Both the position numbers and the translations under genes were made by a program. The notes under the pieces are model-generated. The model made no database searches. It saw nothing but the letters and a program-made list of their open reading frames with translations, and was not told where the DNA came from. DNA of 64,000 bases from Anthoceros angustus (Eukaryota; Plantae; Anthocerotophyta), in the NCBI GenBank assembly GCA_010909165.1, contig VJWM01000235.1, positions 186,001 through 250,000 on the forward strand, written 5' to 3'. Position 1 is the stretch's first letter. Each line of letters opens with the position of its first letter. This document shows, piece after piece, positions 22,812 through 35,706 of the stretch.

Positions 22812-24790
22812 CACAACATTGCGTTGACCCTTACATGATAATAGCGTGTTTTCTGCCTCATCTAGATAGCCTGCACGCCCAAGGAAATCAACCATGCACT
22901 TGTAGTGCTCACTAGCAGGTGGCATGTCATGCTGTTCAAACATGGAATGGAAGTGATTAAGTCATGAACATCATTCAACCGTCCGAATGACTGCAAGCTA
23001 CTACAAGGCAAGTAACAGTAGGATCAGCAGGCTGGACAGCAGCAACTAACATCTCCTCAAGCTAGTGCATGGTGACCTTCATCATAAGTACCATATTCAG
23101 CTATCAGGGCCATCCATGTCACCACAGCCTTTTGGCCACGCTATCAAAAACCCGCTGTGCATCTTCCACTTCGCCACATTTTGCATACATGTCTACCGGG
23201 AAGGTTCCCAGAAGTATTATATTCAGCTGTCCCTTCCACAATCTGTGAGTGCCGCCTGCCCTTCCGTAAGGCACCAGCACTTGCACAGGTCTTGACAAGG
23301 CAAGCAAAAGTAACATGGTGAACTACAATCAGGCCCTCCTGTTCCTTTTGTCCATAGAGAGCAAAATCGTCTTGTTGTCACCACATCCTTGGTGGCCAAA
23401 CTGTCAAAAACTCGGCGTGCATCTTTTAATCCACCACACAGTTGCCCAGCAGTATATTATTTAGCTATCCTGTTTCCACAATCTGAGAGTGCAACTGCCT
23501 GCCCTTCTCTAGGGACACCACACTTGCACAGGGCTTCAGAAGGCAACCAAAAGTAACGTGGTCAGCCACAACGAGGCCCTCTTGCTCCATTTGCCTAGAC
23601 AGAGCAATCAACTCTCGCCCAAGTCCTGCTGTGCATATCCAGCAATCAGAGCATTCCATGTAACCACCTCCTTTGTGGCCAAGCTGTCAAAAACTAGACA
23701 ACCGTCTCTTGTTTGCCACATTTTGCGAACATGTCCACCAGGCACGTGCCCAACAGTATGCTAACTGGCTGTCCTCTTTCCTCAATCAGAGAGTGCCACT
23801 GCCTGTCCTTCTGGAAGGCATCTGCGCTTGCACAGGCCTTCTTAAAGCAAAAGTAACCTCGTCAGCCTCGATCAGGCCCGCCTGCTCCACTTTTCCAGAC
23901 AGGACAAGCGCGGCTTGACTCAGCCCTTGCTGCGCATACCCAGCAATCAATCAGGGAATTCCATGTCACCACATCCTTTAGTGCCCAAGTTGTTGAAAAC
24001 CCGCCGTCCATCTGTCAGTTTGCCACATTTTGTATACATGTCCACTAGACAGTTGCCAGCAGTATAATGTAACTCCTGCCCTTCTGCAAGGCACCTGCGC
24101 TTGCAAAGGCCTTCAGAAGGCAAAAAAGTAACATGATCAGCGACAACGAGGCCCTCCGGCTCACTTTGTCCAAAGAAAACACGTACCTAATGACCAAACC
24201 CTTTCACAGCTTGGCCAGAATGACGTGGTGCCGGGCAGCCCTGATTGCTGGTATGCACAGCAAAGCCCAGCGTGCATCTTCCTATGCCCCACATTTTGCA
24301 TACATGTGCACCAGGCAGTTCCCAAGAAACAAGCCAGGAGGAGTGCCACTTTGCAGCATCACAGTGCACTTCTCTGCCAGATTCCAAGTCAGCAGGCAAA
24401 TGCACAAGCTAAAATAGCGGCCACAAAGACGTGGGCATCTGCCTTCACCCTGAACTATACATCTCATGGTACAGTTCCATGGCCTCATTCGGTTTCCCAT
24501 GGTTAGTACGCGGAGATTATGAAGACCACATGAAGGCATCTAGTTTGCTGTTGAGCATGGGCCTTGTAACCTACCTGCACACATACATGCGCAAGAAGGT
24601 TACAAGGCCGTGGATGCTCAAGTGCGTATTTGACTCGCACTCCACGTTTGTCTGTGAGATTATGAATTCGTCCCCCACAACCAGATCCTTTTAGCTGGAG
24701 ACAGTTGTAGCACAGTATAAAACAGAGACGGAGAGATAGGAGGCTTTGCCTGCCCAACACATTCCAGGGCTCCAACAGCCTCCATAAGCT
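22812..24790 (-). pseudogene. PLS-class PPR gene (paralog B), truncated before the deaminase domain by the Copia junction
   Basis: Repeated motifs such as VADHVTFGCLLKPCASVVSLEKGRQLHSQIVE, MYAKCGEVEDAQRVFD and HYKCMVDFLGRAGYLDEAENTLLSC. The N-terminus KLMEAVGALECVGQAKPPISPSLFYTVLQ is paralogous to gene A. Confidence 0.85.
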
Positions 24791-24836
24791 TCCTTTGCCC
24801 CCAGAACGCTGAGCACTGGTGAGATTCTCTTCATTC

Positions 24837-26733
24837 TCATGGTCGGCCCTTACAACTGCAACAACCAGCTTCAAATCGATGCACACGATACCCATCCTCA
24901 CGACAATCTCTCTTTTCAACCCTGGACAAGATCTCGTAGAACTGTGGCAGTCACTGCACATGCGTAGATTCTTTGTTACCAACAGAGGTGCCACTGGAGT
25001 GTTCAAGAGACCAAACGCCAGAGCTAGCTTCTCTGCATGACCGCAAAGCACATCTTCCTTTTCCTTCTCCGAAAGTGGCTTCAGCACCAACTTTGTCTGT
25101 GGTACGTGGCCCCTTCTTCCTTCAGACGTACATTCATGCTCTCCACCTTGAGTGAAGGATCATCTCTACTTTCACCCACCACAAATGTATGTACCTGCCT
25201 GTTCACCTCAATGTCCGCCACAGCAGGTTTCTTGCTAGCTCCTGCTACCATTCTCTGCGCTTCAATCCTCTACATCGGTCCACCTACCTGCATCTGCATA
25301 GACATTGGCCATGAGCACATATGGACGCCTGCTGAGGGTCCAATCTAACAAGACTTTGAAAACACAGTGTCGCCCTCTCTATATCCCCATGACTTTTGCA
25401 GGCATTCAGCAACGATATCAACCCCACAACATTGCTTTGGCTCTCACATGACAATAGCATGTTTTCTGCCTCATCTAGATGACCTGCACGTCCAAGAAGG
25501 TCAATCATGCAATTGTAATGCTCAATAGTAGGTTTGATGCCATGCTGTTCAACCATGGAATCAAGTGCTTACAGCCTTCATTCACCAGCCCATCATGACT
25601 GCATGCTACTAAAAGGTTCGTAAATGTAGCTCATTGGCTGAACACCAGCAACTAACATCTCCCAAAACAAGCTATAGCGTTGTGACCTTCATCACAAGTA
25701 CCACACCCAGCAATCAGGGCCGTCCATGTCACCACATCCTTTGTGGCCAAGCTGTCAAAACCCGGCGTGCATCTTCCAGTTCACCACATTTAGCATACAT
25801 GTCTATCAGGCAGGTACCCAACAATATGTTATCCAGCTGTCCTCTTTCCACAATCTGTGAGTGCAGCTGCCTGCCATTCTGTAAGGCACCAGCACTTGCG
25901 CAAGCCTTCAGAAGGCAAGCAAAAGTGACATGGTCAGCCACAATCAGGCCCTCCTGCTCCATTCGTCCATACAGGACAAGCGCCTCTTGACTGAACCCAT
26001 GATCTGCATACCCAGCAATCAAGGCATTCCATGTCACCACATCCTTTCTAGCCAAGCTGTCAAAACCCAACGTGCATCTTCCACTGCCCCACATTTTGCA
26101 TACATGTGCCACCAGGAGTTGCCAACAAACAAGTCAGGAGGAACACCACTGTGCATCACATCAGAGTGCACTTTTCTGCCAGATTCCATGTCGGAGGCAA
26201 ACGCACAAGCTTGAATGGCAGCTACAAAGACGTGAGCATCCGCCTTCACACCTGACCTACGCATCTCATGGTACAGTTGTATGGCCTCATTCGGTTTCCC
26301 ATGTTTAGAATATGCAGAGATTATGGAGGACCACATGAAGGCATCTGGTTTGTGCACACCCTGGTGAACACATCCATGGCCTCTTCCACCTACCTGCACA
26401 TGCATACATGCGCAAGATATGGTTCCCCAAGTATGTATTTGACTCAAACCCAAGTTTTACAACGAGATCATGAACTCGTCGCCCCACAGCCAGATCCTTC
26501 TTAGCTGAACACAGCTTTAGCACTGTGTAAAATAGAGACTGAGAAATAGGACAGTCTGTCTGCGCAAGATATTCCAGGAATGCAACGGCCTCAGTAAGCT
26601 TCCCCTGCCGACATAACGTGCTCACATTTAGAGCCGCTACCCCCATTTCCGATCCAGCACGCCTGCCAAGCTCAGGCTTATCCAAAACGCTCGACTTGCA
26701 AGGAGACGCACCGTGACCCATTTGCAAATCCAA
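24837..26733 (-). CDS. PLS-class PPR protein with DYW:KP (GRP-type) deaminase domain, candidate organellar U-to-C RNA editing factor (frameshifted in this consensus)
   Basis: PPR motifs (KPDAFMWSSIISAY, DVVTWNALIAGYADHG, HYNCMIDLLGRAGHLDEA). KKPAVADIEVN at 25201-25233, then CGHAEKLALAFGLLNTP..KNLRMCSDCH, and a terminal DGYRVHRFEAGCCSCKGRP* with the stop at 24837-24839. Confidence 0.9.
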
Positions 26734-27669
26734 AATACGAGCTGCTCATCCACCCAAGCTGGCCTGAAATGTTGTCAAGCCAGAGGACCTCGCCAGTCCT
26801 CTTACGCCTAAAGTCAGGCGAACGGGAGCTCTTCTTATCTCGTCTGTTATCCCACCACATGGAAGGGTCCAGAAAAAATTTCGCCACAACAACTCCTGCT
26901 CCTGGCGACGACCATCGCTGGAAAATCGTTCCCCAGTCACACGCTTTCCCGGAATTGCTGGGTCTCTTACGTTGCTGCACCTCAAGGTTTGGTTGTTTGT
27001 CGGCACATGACTCCCTAAAGTGACGTGAGGAGCTGCTGGTCGAACCACCCAAAACGTACCAATTTGTTGCGGCCACAACGGATCCGGTTGCAAGACTGTG
27101 CCCATCTATCTTACAGTGACCATTCTGCGGAACGGTAACTCCTTGGGCCCGGCGGGATGCTATGTGCTGACAACCAAACCCGCCAAGTGTTTTGGTTAAG
27201 TTGAATAAAGAACTACCTAGTCTAATTGCTTGAGTAACTACCTACCTAGTAGCACACTGCGATGCATGCCACTTTGCGCACTGACTGGCAAATCTTGTTT
27301 TCCTGTACCTAATATTCTTTTCATTCTTTTCTACGCTCGTTCGGGTCTTGGGTGCCACAGTATCCCGAGGGACCTAGCGACTGCGGAAAACGAAGTCCCT
27401 ACGGCACGGGCCCTCCTTTGCGAGGTCTGTTTGGCATTACTGGGGCCGTGGCCGATCCATCACTGGCCAAGCCTGTTGGTTTTCGGAATCTGTTCCACGA
27501 ACCGTAAATTTCCTTTTGTTATGGAAACTGAAATATGGATTTTCATGCTAAAAAATATTTATTTTATTTCGAAATAATCCGCTCTATTTTTGCTGCGCAA
27601 CACCGTTTCAATTTGGACCGGGACACCAAGACCGATAACATGCATTAAGCATAACATGCTCACAAGTCC

Positions 27670-28640
27670 AAAGCGCATTAGATATTCCTTTTTGAGGTAA
27701 AGGCACCTTATGATATGCTTTCCCACCAATGCCCGATGGCCATCAAGGCAGCAGGCAAGGCCTATATGGCCACATCATCATGAGGACAACCTCCTCGGTA
27801 CATCCATCCCTTGTCAACCGTGTGCGCCTAAGCATGTGCCGTTCCTAACCGTGGGATCCCCGTTCCCTATATGCTCGCCTCGAGAGCACGGTGGATGTCC
27901 CTACCCCACTGTTGCCAATGCGATTGATGTCCCCATTCTCTCGTTGTGGCCGATGCTCCCGTGGAGGCCGTTGCGCAAGGAGGTCAGGGCATCGGCTGTC
28001 AATAAGGTATATATAAGTAGAGATGCATGAGTTTCAAGGTGTTCTCTATCGATGGTAGATAGCCCAATCCACATCGAAACTCGCGGTGAAGCGCCGACAA
28101 ATGGTCACGCAGCCGTCGTGTGCGATGGCGTGCAACACGCCACCGCACAACACGACAAATGTGGACCATCGTAGCTCTAGACGCATGTGCGGAAGGTGAT
28201 TATGCAATTGTGGGGCACGCTGAGAGCAGACATGTTGAAGGATGCATCCGCAATTGCCGAGAAGATGGACCCGGTGGCTTACACCAAATTGTTTGTTGAG
28301 CGACTCGTAGACCCGCAACCATTGGCGTGGAGAAGGCTCTTGCGATAGTTCGACTCCGGATCAACAAGAGGTTTTGGAAGAACTGTGCAAATGCAACAAT
28401 TAACATCTTGGATGACAAATGTTTGATGTGGAGTCCAATGCAAGGCTAGAAAGTGCTCTTTCTCATTTGGAGGAGACAAGAGCACATTTGAAGTGAAGTT
28501 AATGTAATAGCCGACGGAGGCGTGTAATATTAGGCGTAGCATCTAGAGTTAAGACCAAAGAACGGATAGCCTAGCAATTGGAGTATTGACATTGTGAAGC
28601 ACAAAGGGAAGGATAAAGCAATTCTTAGAGGAAAAAGATA
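27670..28640 (+). repeat. Dispersed repeat, diverged copy of 49035-50080 (LTR-retroelement remnant)
   Basis: GCATTAGATATTCCTTTTTGAGGTAAAGGCACCTTA occurs at about 27675 and 49040, and the two regions stay colinear for about 1 kb. Confidence 0.85.
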
Positions 28641-29265
28641 TAATTATTATTTATTGAATAATTAATTAATAATATACTAACTAACAACACCGCCATGCAT
28701 GACACGTCCGGATGTGCACACCGAAATGTTTTGCCTCCTTTTCTACTTATGGAGATAGCTTTGAACTAGCGATGAAAGAACAATGCGAGATGAGAACCAT
28801 GTTCTTTCCTTCCTTTCTCTACTTATGGAGATAACTTCCAAATGGGGTGCAAAACACGGAACCATGCGACATATGAGAATCGTGATTGATTAGGGTTTGC
28901 AATACTAAGAACCATGCAAAGATGATGAGAACTGCACTTGATTAGGGTTTATAAAACTAGAACCATGCGGGAGATGAGAACCGTGATCTTGATTAGTTAG
29001 GTTTGTATTAGCGTGAACTGCGCATATGAGAACCGCGCAAGATCTGGAGAATTCTTCTTCTTCTTCTTATCGCCCAAAAGCCGCGTGGAGTTTTGTGCTT
29101 CTAGTTCTCCGTCTATCCTGTCCCTATGAATTATGATATGGCACTCCCGATCATACGAGCCAACATTAATGGCCATCGAGTATCGATTTGCAAGCCTATT
29201 ATACAAGTCGGTTTAATTCGCTTCAAAGCAAAATAATTTTCTCTAGTTCACGACTAGAAGAACGT

Positions 29266-30914
29266 GAGCTACTAGTTCTACGATTTGTGACGAGAATCGT
29301 AGACATAATGAATTAAAATATATTTATTAATTAATTAGAAAAAAATTCTCCCAACACAATGAGCATTTAGGGATATAGGTCCTCTTCGTGCCTTTGAGTG
29401 CATAAGAAGACTCCTAAATATAAACATTATGGATGTACGATAATATAATTTGGTAGGGTATAAAATCTATACCATTATATCGTAAACCATGGATGTTCCA
29501 AAACTTGTTGAGCATTTGGTCCCGGTGCTATTAGGGTGTAACATCCGAGTAATAAACGCTGCCCGGAAATCATGTGAGATATCATTTGTAAACTCCAAGT
29601 TTGTTTTCTTGCATAATATCACGCAAATATTGTTTTTATAATAAGGAGTTCGAACAATAACTCATAAAAGTGACCCGCACTCCATACATCAACTTTAGCT
29701 CCATAGTTTGACTTAGCTACTATTTCGAGCTATATGGTCGAGTACCCACATTCCTGCGACCCGTGTAAATTTTTTTCTTCCATTTTCAAACGAAATCGAT
29801 GCCAAAATCTATTAATTTTATTTGTCCATGCTTTAGAAGCATAATATTATGTGCTTTTATATCACGATGAATCATATTATTCTTGTGACAAAATGCAATA
29901 GCTTCCATAATGTTGCGCATCACACACTTTGCTTGTTTCTCATTGTAAGGTCCTCGTTCTTGCAAATAGTCATGTAGACTTCCACATTTAAAATATTCCA
30001 TCACAATAAATATTTGGGTGTCACCTTCATAGACACGCTTTGTTTCCGAATATTAGCGCATTTGGGAAGGGCTAATAGGTTGTCTACTTCACTACGTAGA
30101 GCTACTAGTTCTACGATTTGTGATCGAGAATCGTAGACATAATGAATTAAAATATATTTATTAATTAATTAGAAAAATTCTCCCAACACAATGAGCATTT
30201 AGGGATATAGGTCCTCTTCGTGCCTTTGAGTGCATAAGAAGACTCCTAAATATAAACATTATGGATGTCGATAATATAATTTGGTAGGGTATAAAATCTA
30301 TACCATTATATCAAAACCATGGATGTTCCAAAACTTGTTGAGCATTTGGTCTCGGTATTAGGGTGTAACATCCAGAGTAATAAACGCTGCTTGTAAATCT
30401 TGCGTGAGATATCATTTGTAAACTCCAAGTTTGTTTCGGTTGCATAATATCACGCAAATATTGTTTTTTATAATAAGGAGTTCAACAATAACTCATAAAA
30501 GTGATCGCACTCCATACATCAACTTTAGCTCCATAGTTTGACTTAGCTACTATTCGGAGCTATATGGTCGAGTACCCCACATTCCTGTCGACCGTTAAAT
30601 TTTTTTCTTCCATTTTCAAACGAAATCAGCGATGCCAAATCTATTAATTTTATTTGTCCATGCTTTAGAAGCATAATATTATGTGCTTTTATATCACGAT
30701 GAATCATATTATTCTTGTGACAAAATGCAATAGCTTCCATAATGTTGCATCACACACTTTGTTTGTTTTCTCTGTGGTCCTCGTCTTGCAAATAGTCATG
30801 TAGACTTCCACATTTAAAATATTCCATCACAATAAATATTTGGGTGTCACCTTCATGACACGCTTTGTTTCCGAATATTAGCGCATTTGGGAAGGGCTAA
30901 TAGGTTGTCTACTT
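29266..30914. repeat. Tandem duplication, unit about 833 bp (29266-30090 / 30099-30914)
   Basis: GAGCTACTAGTTCTACGATTTGTGA occurs at 29266 and 30099. Confidence 0.93.
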
Positions 30915-31095
30915 CTTGACATAGTAGATAATTTTTTCGACATCTTTTTATCACTTTACATGCATACTCGCCTTGTGCATTTATGAATGCATTTATAAAC
31001 CATGGCGCATGCACCCATGCCAATAATGTCAACCACTTCGTATTTTAACTTAAAAATACATTCATCCTTAACCATTTTATTGGAAACGAAAAGAC
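30320..31095 (-). CDS. Intronless Ser/Thr protein kinase domain (CAMK-like), frameshifted; partial duplicate at 29480-30085
   Basis: Minus strand reads YEVVDIIGMGACAMVYKC..YACKVIK..QEVDNLL..MEYFKCGSL..IAFCHKNNMIHRDIKAHNIML..IKLIDFG..VGTRPYIAP..VLEHPWF. Confidence 0.8.
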
Positions 31096-32095
31096 GTGTA
31101 TGTATGTTGGTAGTATTAGCTTCCATTTTTTACCATAAAATATTTAAGTAAAAAAATTGTAAATAGGATTATCAATTGAAGTACATACTACACGAGATGG
31201 TCTTACTTGATGTTGGTATTGCTTGAATAACGAGTAAATATAAGACAAGCAATATAGTAACACAATATGAGCTGAGCCCTTATATAGAGAATGGACTACC
31301 CTGTTTAAGGAAATTCTTCTTACACAAAGTAACACATAACAATACCATTCATTCTATATGGTATATTGATTCTACATCACTAAACCCTAAAATATTATAT
31401 ATTCTATCAATAGAAAATTTTTATGTACATAGATTATTATTATTATTATCTAACTTTAAAGGATAATTTAAGAACTATGATGTAATTACTGGAACCGTGG
31501 ATTGATCCAAAAGTCACAATTCCAATACTTAAGCATTGAGAAGTTCCCAGGACCAATGTGTCTAAAATTGAATGCTTTGTTCTTAGCAGACTTGAATATT
31601 CTTTGTTTTCTTCTTTTACGCAAGCGTGTAGACTTGCCTAATATGGTGCGAGGAGACTCTCTTGGACTGGGCATTTGCAATGGTAGCCCGTTCTCTAGAG
31701 ACACGCCATAATAGAATTATGAGTAATTGAAGTAAAGTTTAACCAAATCTAGATTGAAAATTCAGACACGGCCTCACATACATAGAGGACTTATGTGACC
31801 TAGGACCCAGTTTTAGTGGGCTTTGGTGGGGCCGGCATGTTTCGCCGGCCACGGGCTTTTAGGGTTTCTGTTCAGGATTTCGGGAGCGGAGGTTTATATG
31901 GTGGGTTGTCAGGTGTTTTAGCGGGTTGCAGCCCCTCTGAAGGGCGCCTTCGGCTAGCCTATTGGGGCTCGCCATTCAGAGCGTACACTCCATATGTATG
32001 TTAAATTTCGGGGACGCTGGGTCGAGTGGGCACCCGATGCCCCCTTGACCTTGACACCCTCAAGGAGTGTCCACAAGTTAATTGTTCCCTAGATC

Positions 32096-32810
32096 GTGCC
32101 ATTCTCGTTTGTTCTTACACTCTCCCCTATGGTGCAGTCCACTCCTTCAATGGCAGTCAAGGATACCCCCTGTCCAGTCTGCGCTCAACTGTGCTGTGGG
32201 GTTAAGGGGGTGAAATGTCACACTGGGCACAAACACAAGGACTTCGACCGAACCACTTGGGAGGCTCAGGTGAGGCTTGCTTCTTCCAGTGGGGCTATAC
32301 ATCCGGCTCCGAATTTGGATGCTCCTCGCCTCCCTCCCTCCTCCCATCCCGTAGTCTTAGCAATGATCATGAATGTAATTGGATCATCTGCTCACCTTGT
32401 TTAAATCGTGCTTTCCGGGACCCCACCTTTTTCAGCGTCTCCTAAGGCGCCTATATGACAACGTTCGCCTTGCCTACCGGCTTCCTGACCGCCTTATACC
32501 GAACCGGGACAGGCTACTTGACTGCCTTTTTCTCCCCCAGTGATGTCTTCGTCGCTCCAAGAGTGGTTCTTCCAGCCATAGGGAGGTGGCGTCTCGCCCG
32601 CCGGCCCGGGGACCAGGAAGCTCGCAGAGGGAGGGGGCGACAATCCAGGCTGGAGGTTGCCAAGGTGGATCCGGTCTGTCAGGACCCCGCCAAGGTGCAG
32701 CTCAAGAGGTGTCTCTTGTTAGGCCGTCTGGGAATACACTACCCAAGGCCGGGCCGGAGACCGGCGCTCCAAGAACACCATCTCTACGCTTCGTGCCCTT
32801 CATTTGGCCT
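32096..32810 (+). mobile_element. 5' part of a CRE-like non-LTR retrotransposon ORF (N-terminal C2H2-like zinc finger)
   Basis: KDTPCPVCAQLCCGVKGVKCHTGHKHKDFDRTTWEAQVR is homologous to the N-terminus of the minus-strand element at 44763..45449, which leads into an RT. Confidence 0.6.
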
Positions 32811-33529
32811 TAGATGACCTCATTCCATAGGATATCCTGGATTACATGCCAGAGGAGCCTTTTTGTCTCGATAGGGTGGTCTTCGGTAATTGTTATTACC
32901 GTCTAGTATTAATTAATCTAATTATTTATCTTTAATCAAGTAATTAATATTAATTACTCTAAATTACTTATGTTGATTAATTAGTGTTAATTGAACATGG
33001 TTAGCAATGGTTAAGTGGATAAGCACAAGTAATATGCTTTAGGATGTTCCTGGCATATTATAGTGTATTCTTAGGATATTTTCGGCATATGTTGATGCCA
33101 ATAGGATATCTTAAGATATCCTATATATATACCCTTTGACAAAGAAAAAGCTCTTATCATAGCTTGTTCTAGATATGCAATACAAGAATGTTGTGGGGAG
33201 ACCAAAGCTATGACTCTGAGAGCGATGTAAGAGGAATTGGTGTGTTATTCTCGTGGGGAGAGTGTGTTTGTGCCACGACATGCGAGCTACCATCTCTTAT
33301 TGTTATTGCTTTGCACCTATATTTGCATCTTGGATTTGTTTTTCTTGGTTGTCTGTTGCAGAAGTGTTTGTACGAATGCAAGTGCTTACCTCGTGTGACA
33401 AAAGCGGATGCACGGCCGAGCCAGAAGCCAGGAGCATGCTCCCTTCCCCAAGCAACAGCAGAGGCGAGCCCGAGCAAGCCGGGGAATAGTAGAATCTAGA
33501 AGAAGGGCCCTCTGCGGCTAGCCGAATTG

Positions 33530-33901
33530 CTACTCTTGGAGAGAGGCCTGAAGGCTGCGTAGCCTGTCCATAGAGAGTGTGGACAAAAGAGGCATGGCCG
33601 CCCTGGCCTCAGAGGATAAGAAATCCCTAGCCAACCTCAGGGAAACCAGCAAAGGGAAGGCCCCCCCCTTAACACCAGAGACGAAGGCCTCCAAGATGGG
33701 GGAATCCCGGATTACGAACCAAGAGGCCAAGACGAGGGTAGAGAGGGCCCAGTTCCCAAGGAAGGCCGCCGACGTCGAGGTCTTCATGGCCAGCAAAACC
33801 GTGCCCTCAAAGACAACAGGTAGGAACGCTTGCCGCCTCGCCAGACCCCCTTTGGCACACTCGAAGGTGCTTGGGCCATTGATGTCCCCAAGCGCCTGCA
33901 T
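33530..33901 (-). mobile_element. Post-RT fragment of a CRE-like non-LTR retrotransposon
   Basis: LLAMKTSTSAAFLGNWALSTLVLASWF..LEAFVSGVKGGAFPLLVSLRLARDFL resembles the GLG..S.AAFLGSWA region downstream of RT in such elements. Confidence 0.5.
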
Positions 33902-35706
33902 AACGTGTTTATCGAACTTCCTGAAGCTTGATTAAAAAACTAGGGAGGGAATAATTGTTCTTGTTTTCTTCCTAATTCGTACGTGAGCCAGGGTACCGGA
34001 AAACATCTCCGAAAAAAAGGGTGTCACCCACTAAAGTTCCTACTTTCCATCCAGCAATGTTTCTGTCGAATGGTGGTCGCAAACTCGAACCTATGGGATT
34101 AATGCAAAGTAGGAATGGTAAGGAAGGCCGTTCCTTCCGGGAAGGGACGACTGTAAATTCAGTTTTGGGAGGAAAATGTGGTTTGGTAAGGACACAACAA
34201 AAGCCACGGACAGGGTATTTCCAAAACACAGTAACATCTAGAAATAGACGTACAACATTCACTCTGGGACCCCGGAACAAACCGTGATTTCAGTTTCACT
34301 CATCACCAGAGTTCAACCCTTCGTCATCACTTGGTCCACCTTCTCTAGCATTGTCATCACTATCTTCAGCGGCACTTTGACTTGCAGGCTGTATGAAGTC
34401 GCGCAACTCGCAGAGCTTATCCCTTATCGCTGTTTTGTCCACCGCATACATATGTTTCCATGCGTTCAACATAAACCCATAATACAAGATGGCTATTTCA
34501 TTCACAAACACCTCCTGTATGTTTTTTGGGTAATGGACCTTATTCGTTTTTTTCCTCGGCATCAGACTAGATGGGTTAGCACTCTGACGGACTATGTATT
34601 CCTACACATATCTCCTTCAGACGATCCGTGCTCGGTCCGATACCGGATAAGAAAGTGAGGTCGTGGTGCATCTAGCTCACAATGACTCCCAATCCGTAAT
34701 GGCATGTTATGCGTGTCCATAGTGCACGACGCTGTAAACATCCCTTCCGGATTTCCATTATATCTTCATTCATCCGCGCCATTATCTTTTCCGGCATTTT
34801 GATATGCCCCTGGCACATATCACGTGGAGGTCCTCAATAATGCCTCATCCAAAGCAAAGCTTCATCCGCACTTGAAGTGGTCAGTCAGATGATCCACTTC
34901 GCACGTGAAAACCACTTCCAAGGACGTAGCACTAGCCCAATGTTATTCTCCACAATGATAGCAATCTCCTTCCCGTCCACCCAAAAGGCTTCCCACCACT
35001 TGTACTCTTCAATACCTATGGACGCAAAATCTTTTAACCCTTCTTGCAAATGGGCCACACCTTCCACGGTGATAGGATACCCCTGCTCCTTCTTGTCCCC
35101 CAGCTTCACCCGCAGATGCTATGGTGCAGGTGGCCGGCCGGCGCCCCTTAGCACCACCCGTCGATGTGGTGGATCTAGGGGAGGCGCTGGTCGGCGCCTC
35201 CTGCACCACCGTCGGTGCATGCGTTGTTGATCTAGGGGAGGCGCCGACCGCCGGCGCCTCCTAGCATGCTCTTGCTCATGGGCACCGGCCGCCTCCCCAG
35301 CACTGCCCATGGGCGCCGGCCGGCCGGCGCCCTCTCATAGGCTTTCTTTAAGAAAATGAATATTTGGCAGTTCAAAAGCCTTGTTATTTGGAAATGTTGG
35401 TCAAGTGGTTGGGAGAAAGGCATAGTGATGAGGAGATTCTGAGTTCAAAACTTGCATCTTCTAAATAACTCAACTTTGTTGGTTTTAAGGATGGGCGCAT
35501 AGGCAACCAACTTTGTTCATTTTAAGGAGACCTTACTGCATTGCCTAAAGCCTGTCGTGATGTTCTGTGATTTCGTGAGTCGCATGCATGTCAGTGAAGG
35601 TGCTCCGGTTCGATCTGACCTTCCCTTCCTTACCCGCACATTCGCTTGACTGCAAAAAAAACAGCAAGTATAAGGGCACACGGTATGTTAGATTATTGGC
35701 ATCCAT

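Noticed and set aside
35345-35545. Left flank of the Gypsy as the upstream half of the 43737 methyltransferase paralog (plus-strand QKPCYLEMLVKWL..GDL)
   Set aside because: The similarity to QRPLGLIIKLV..EADL is weak, contains stops, has no SAM-binding motif and no TSD; it is not supportable by eye.
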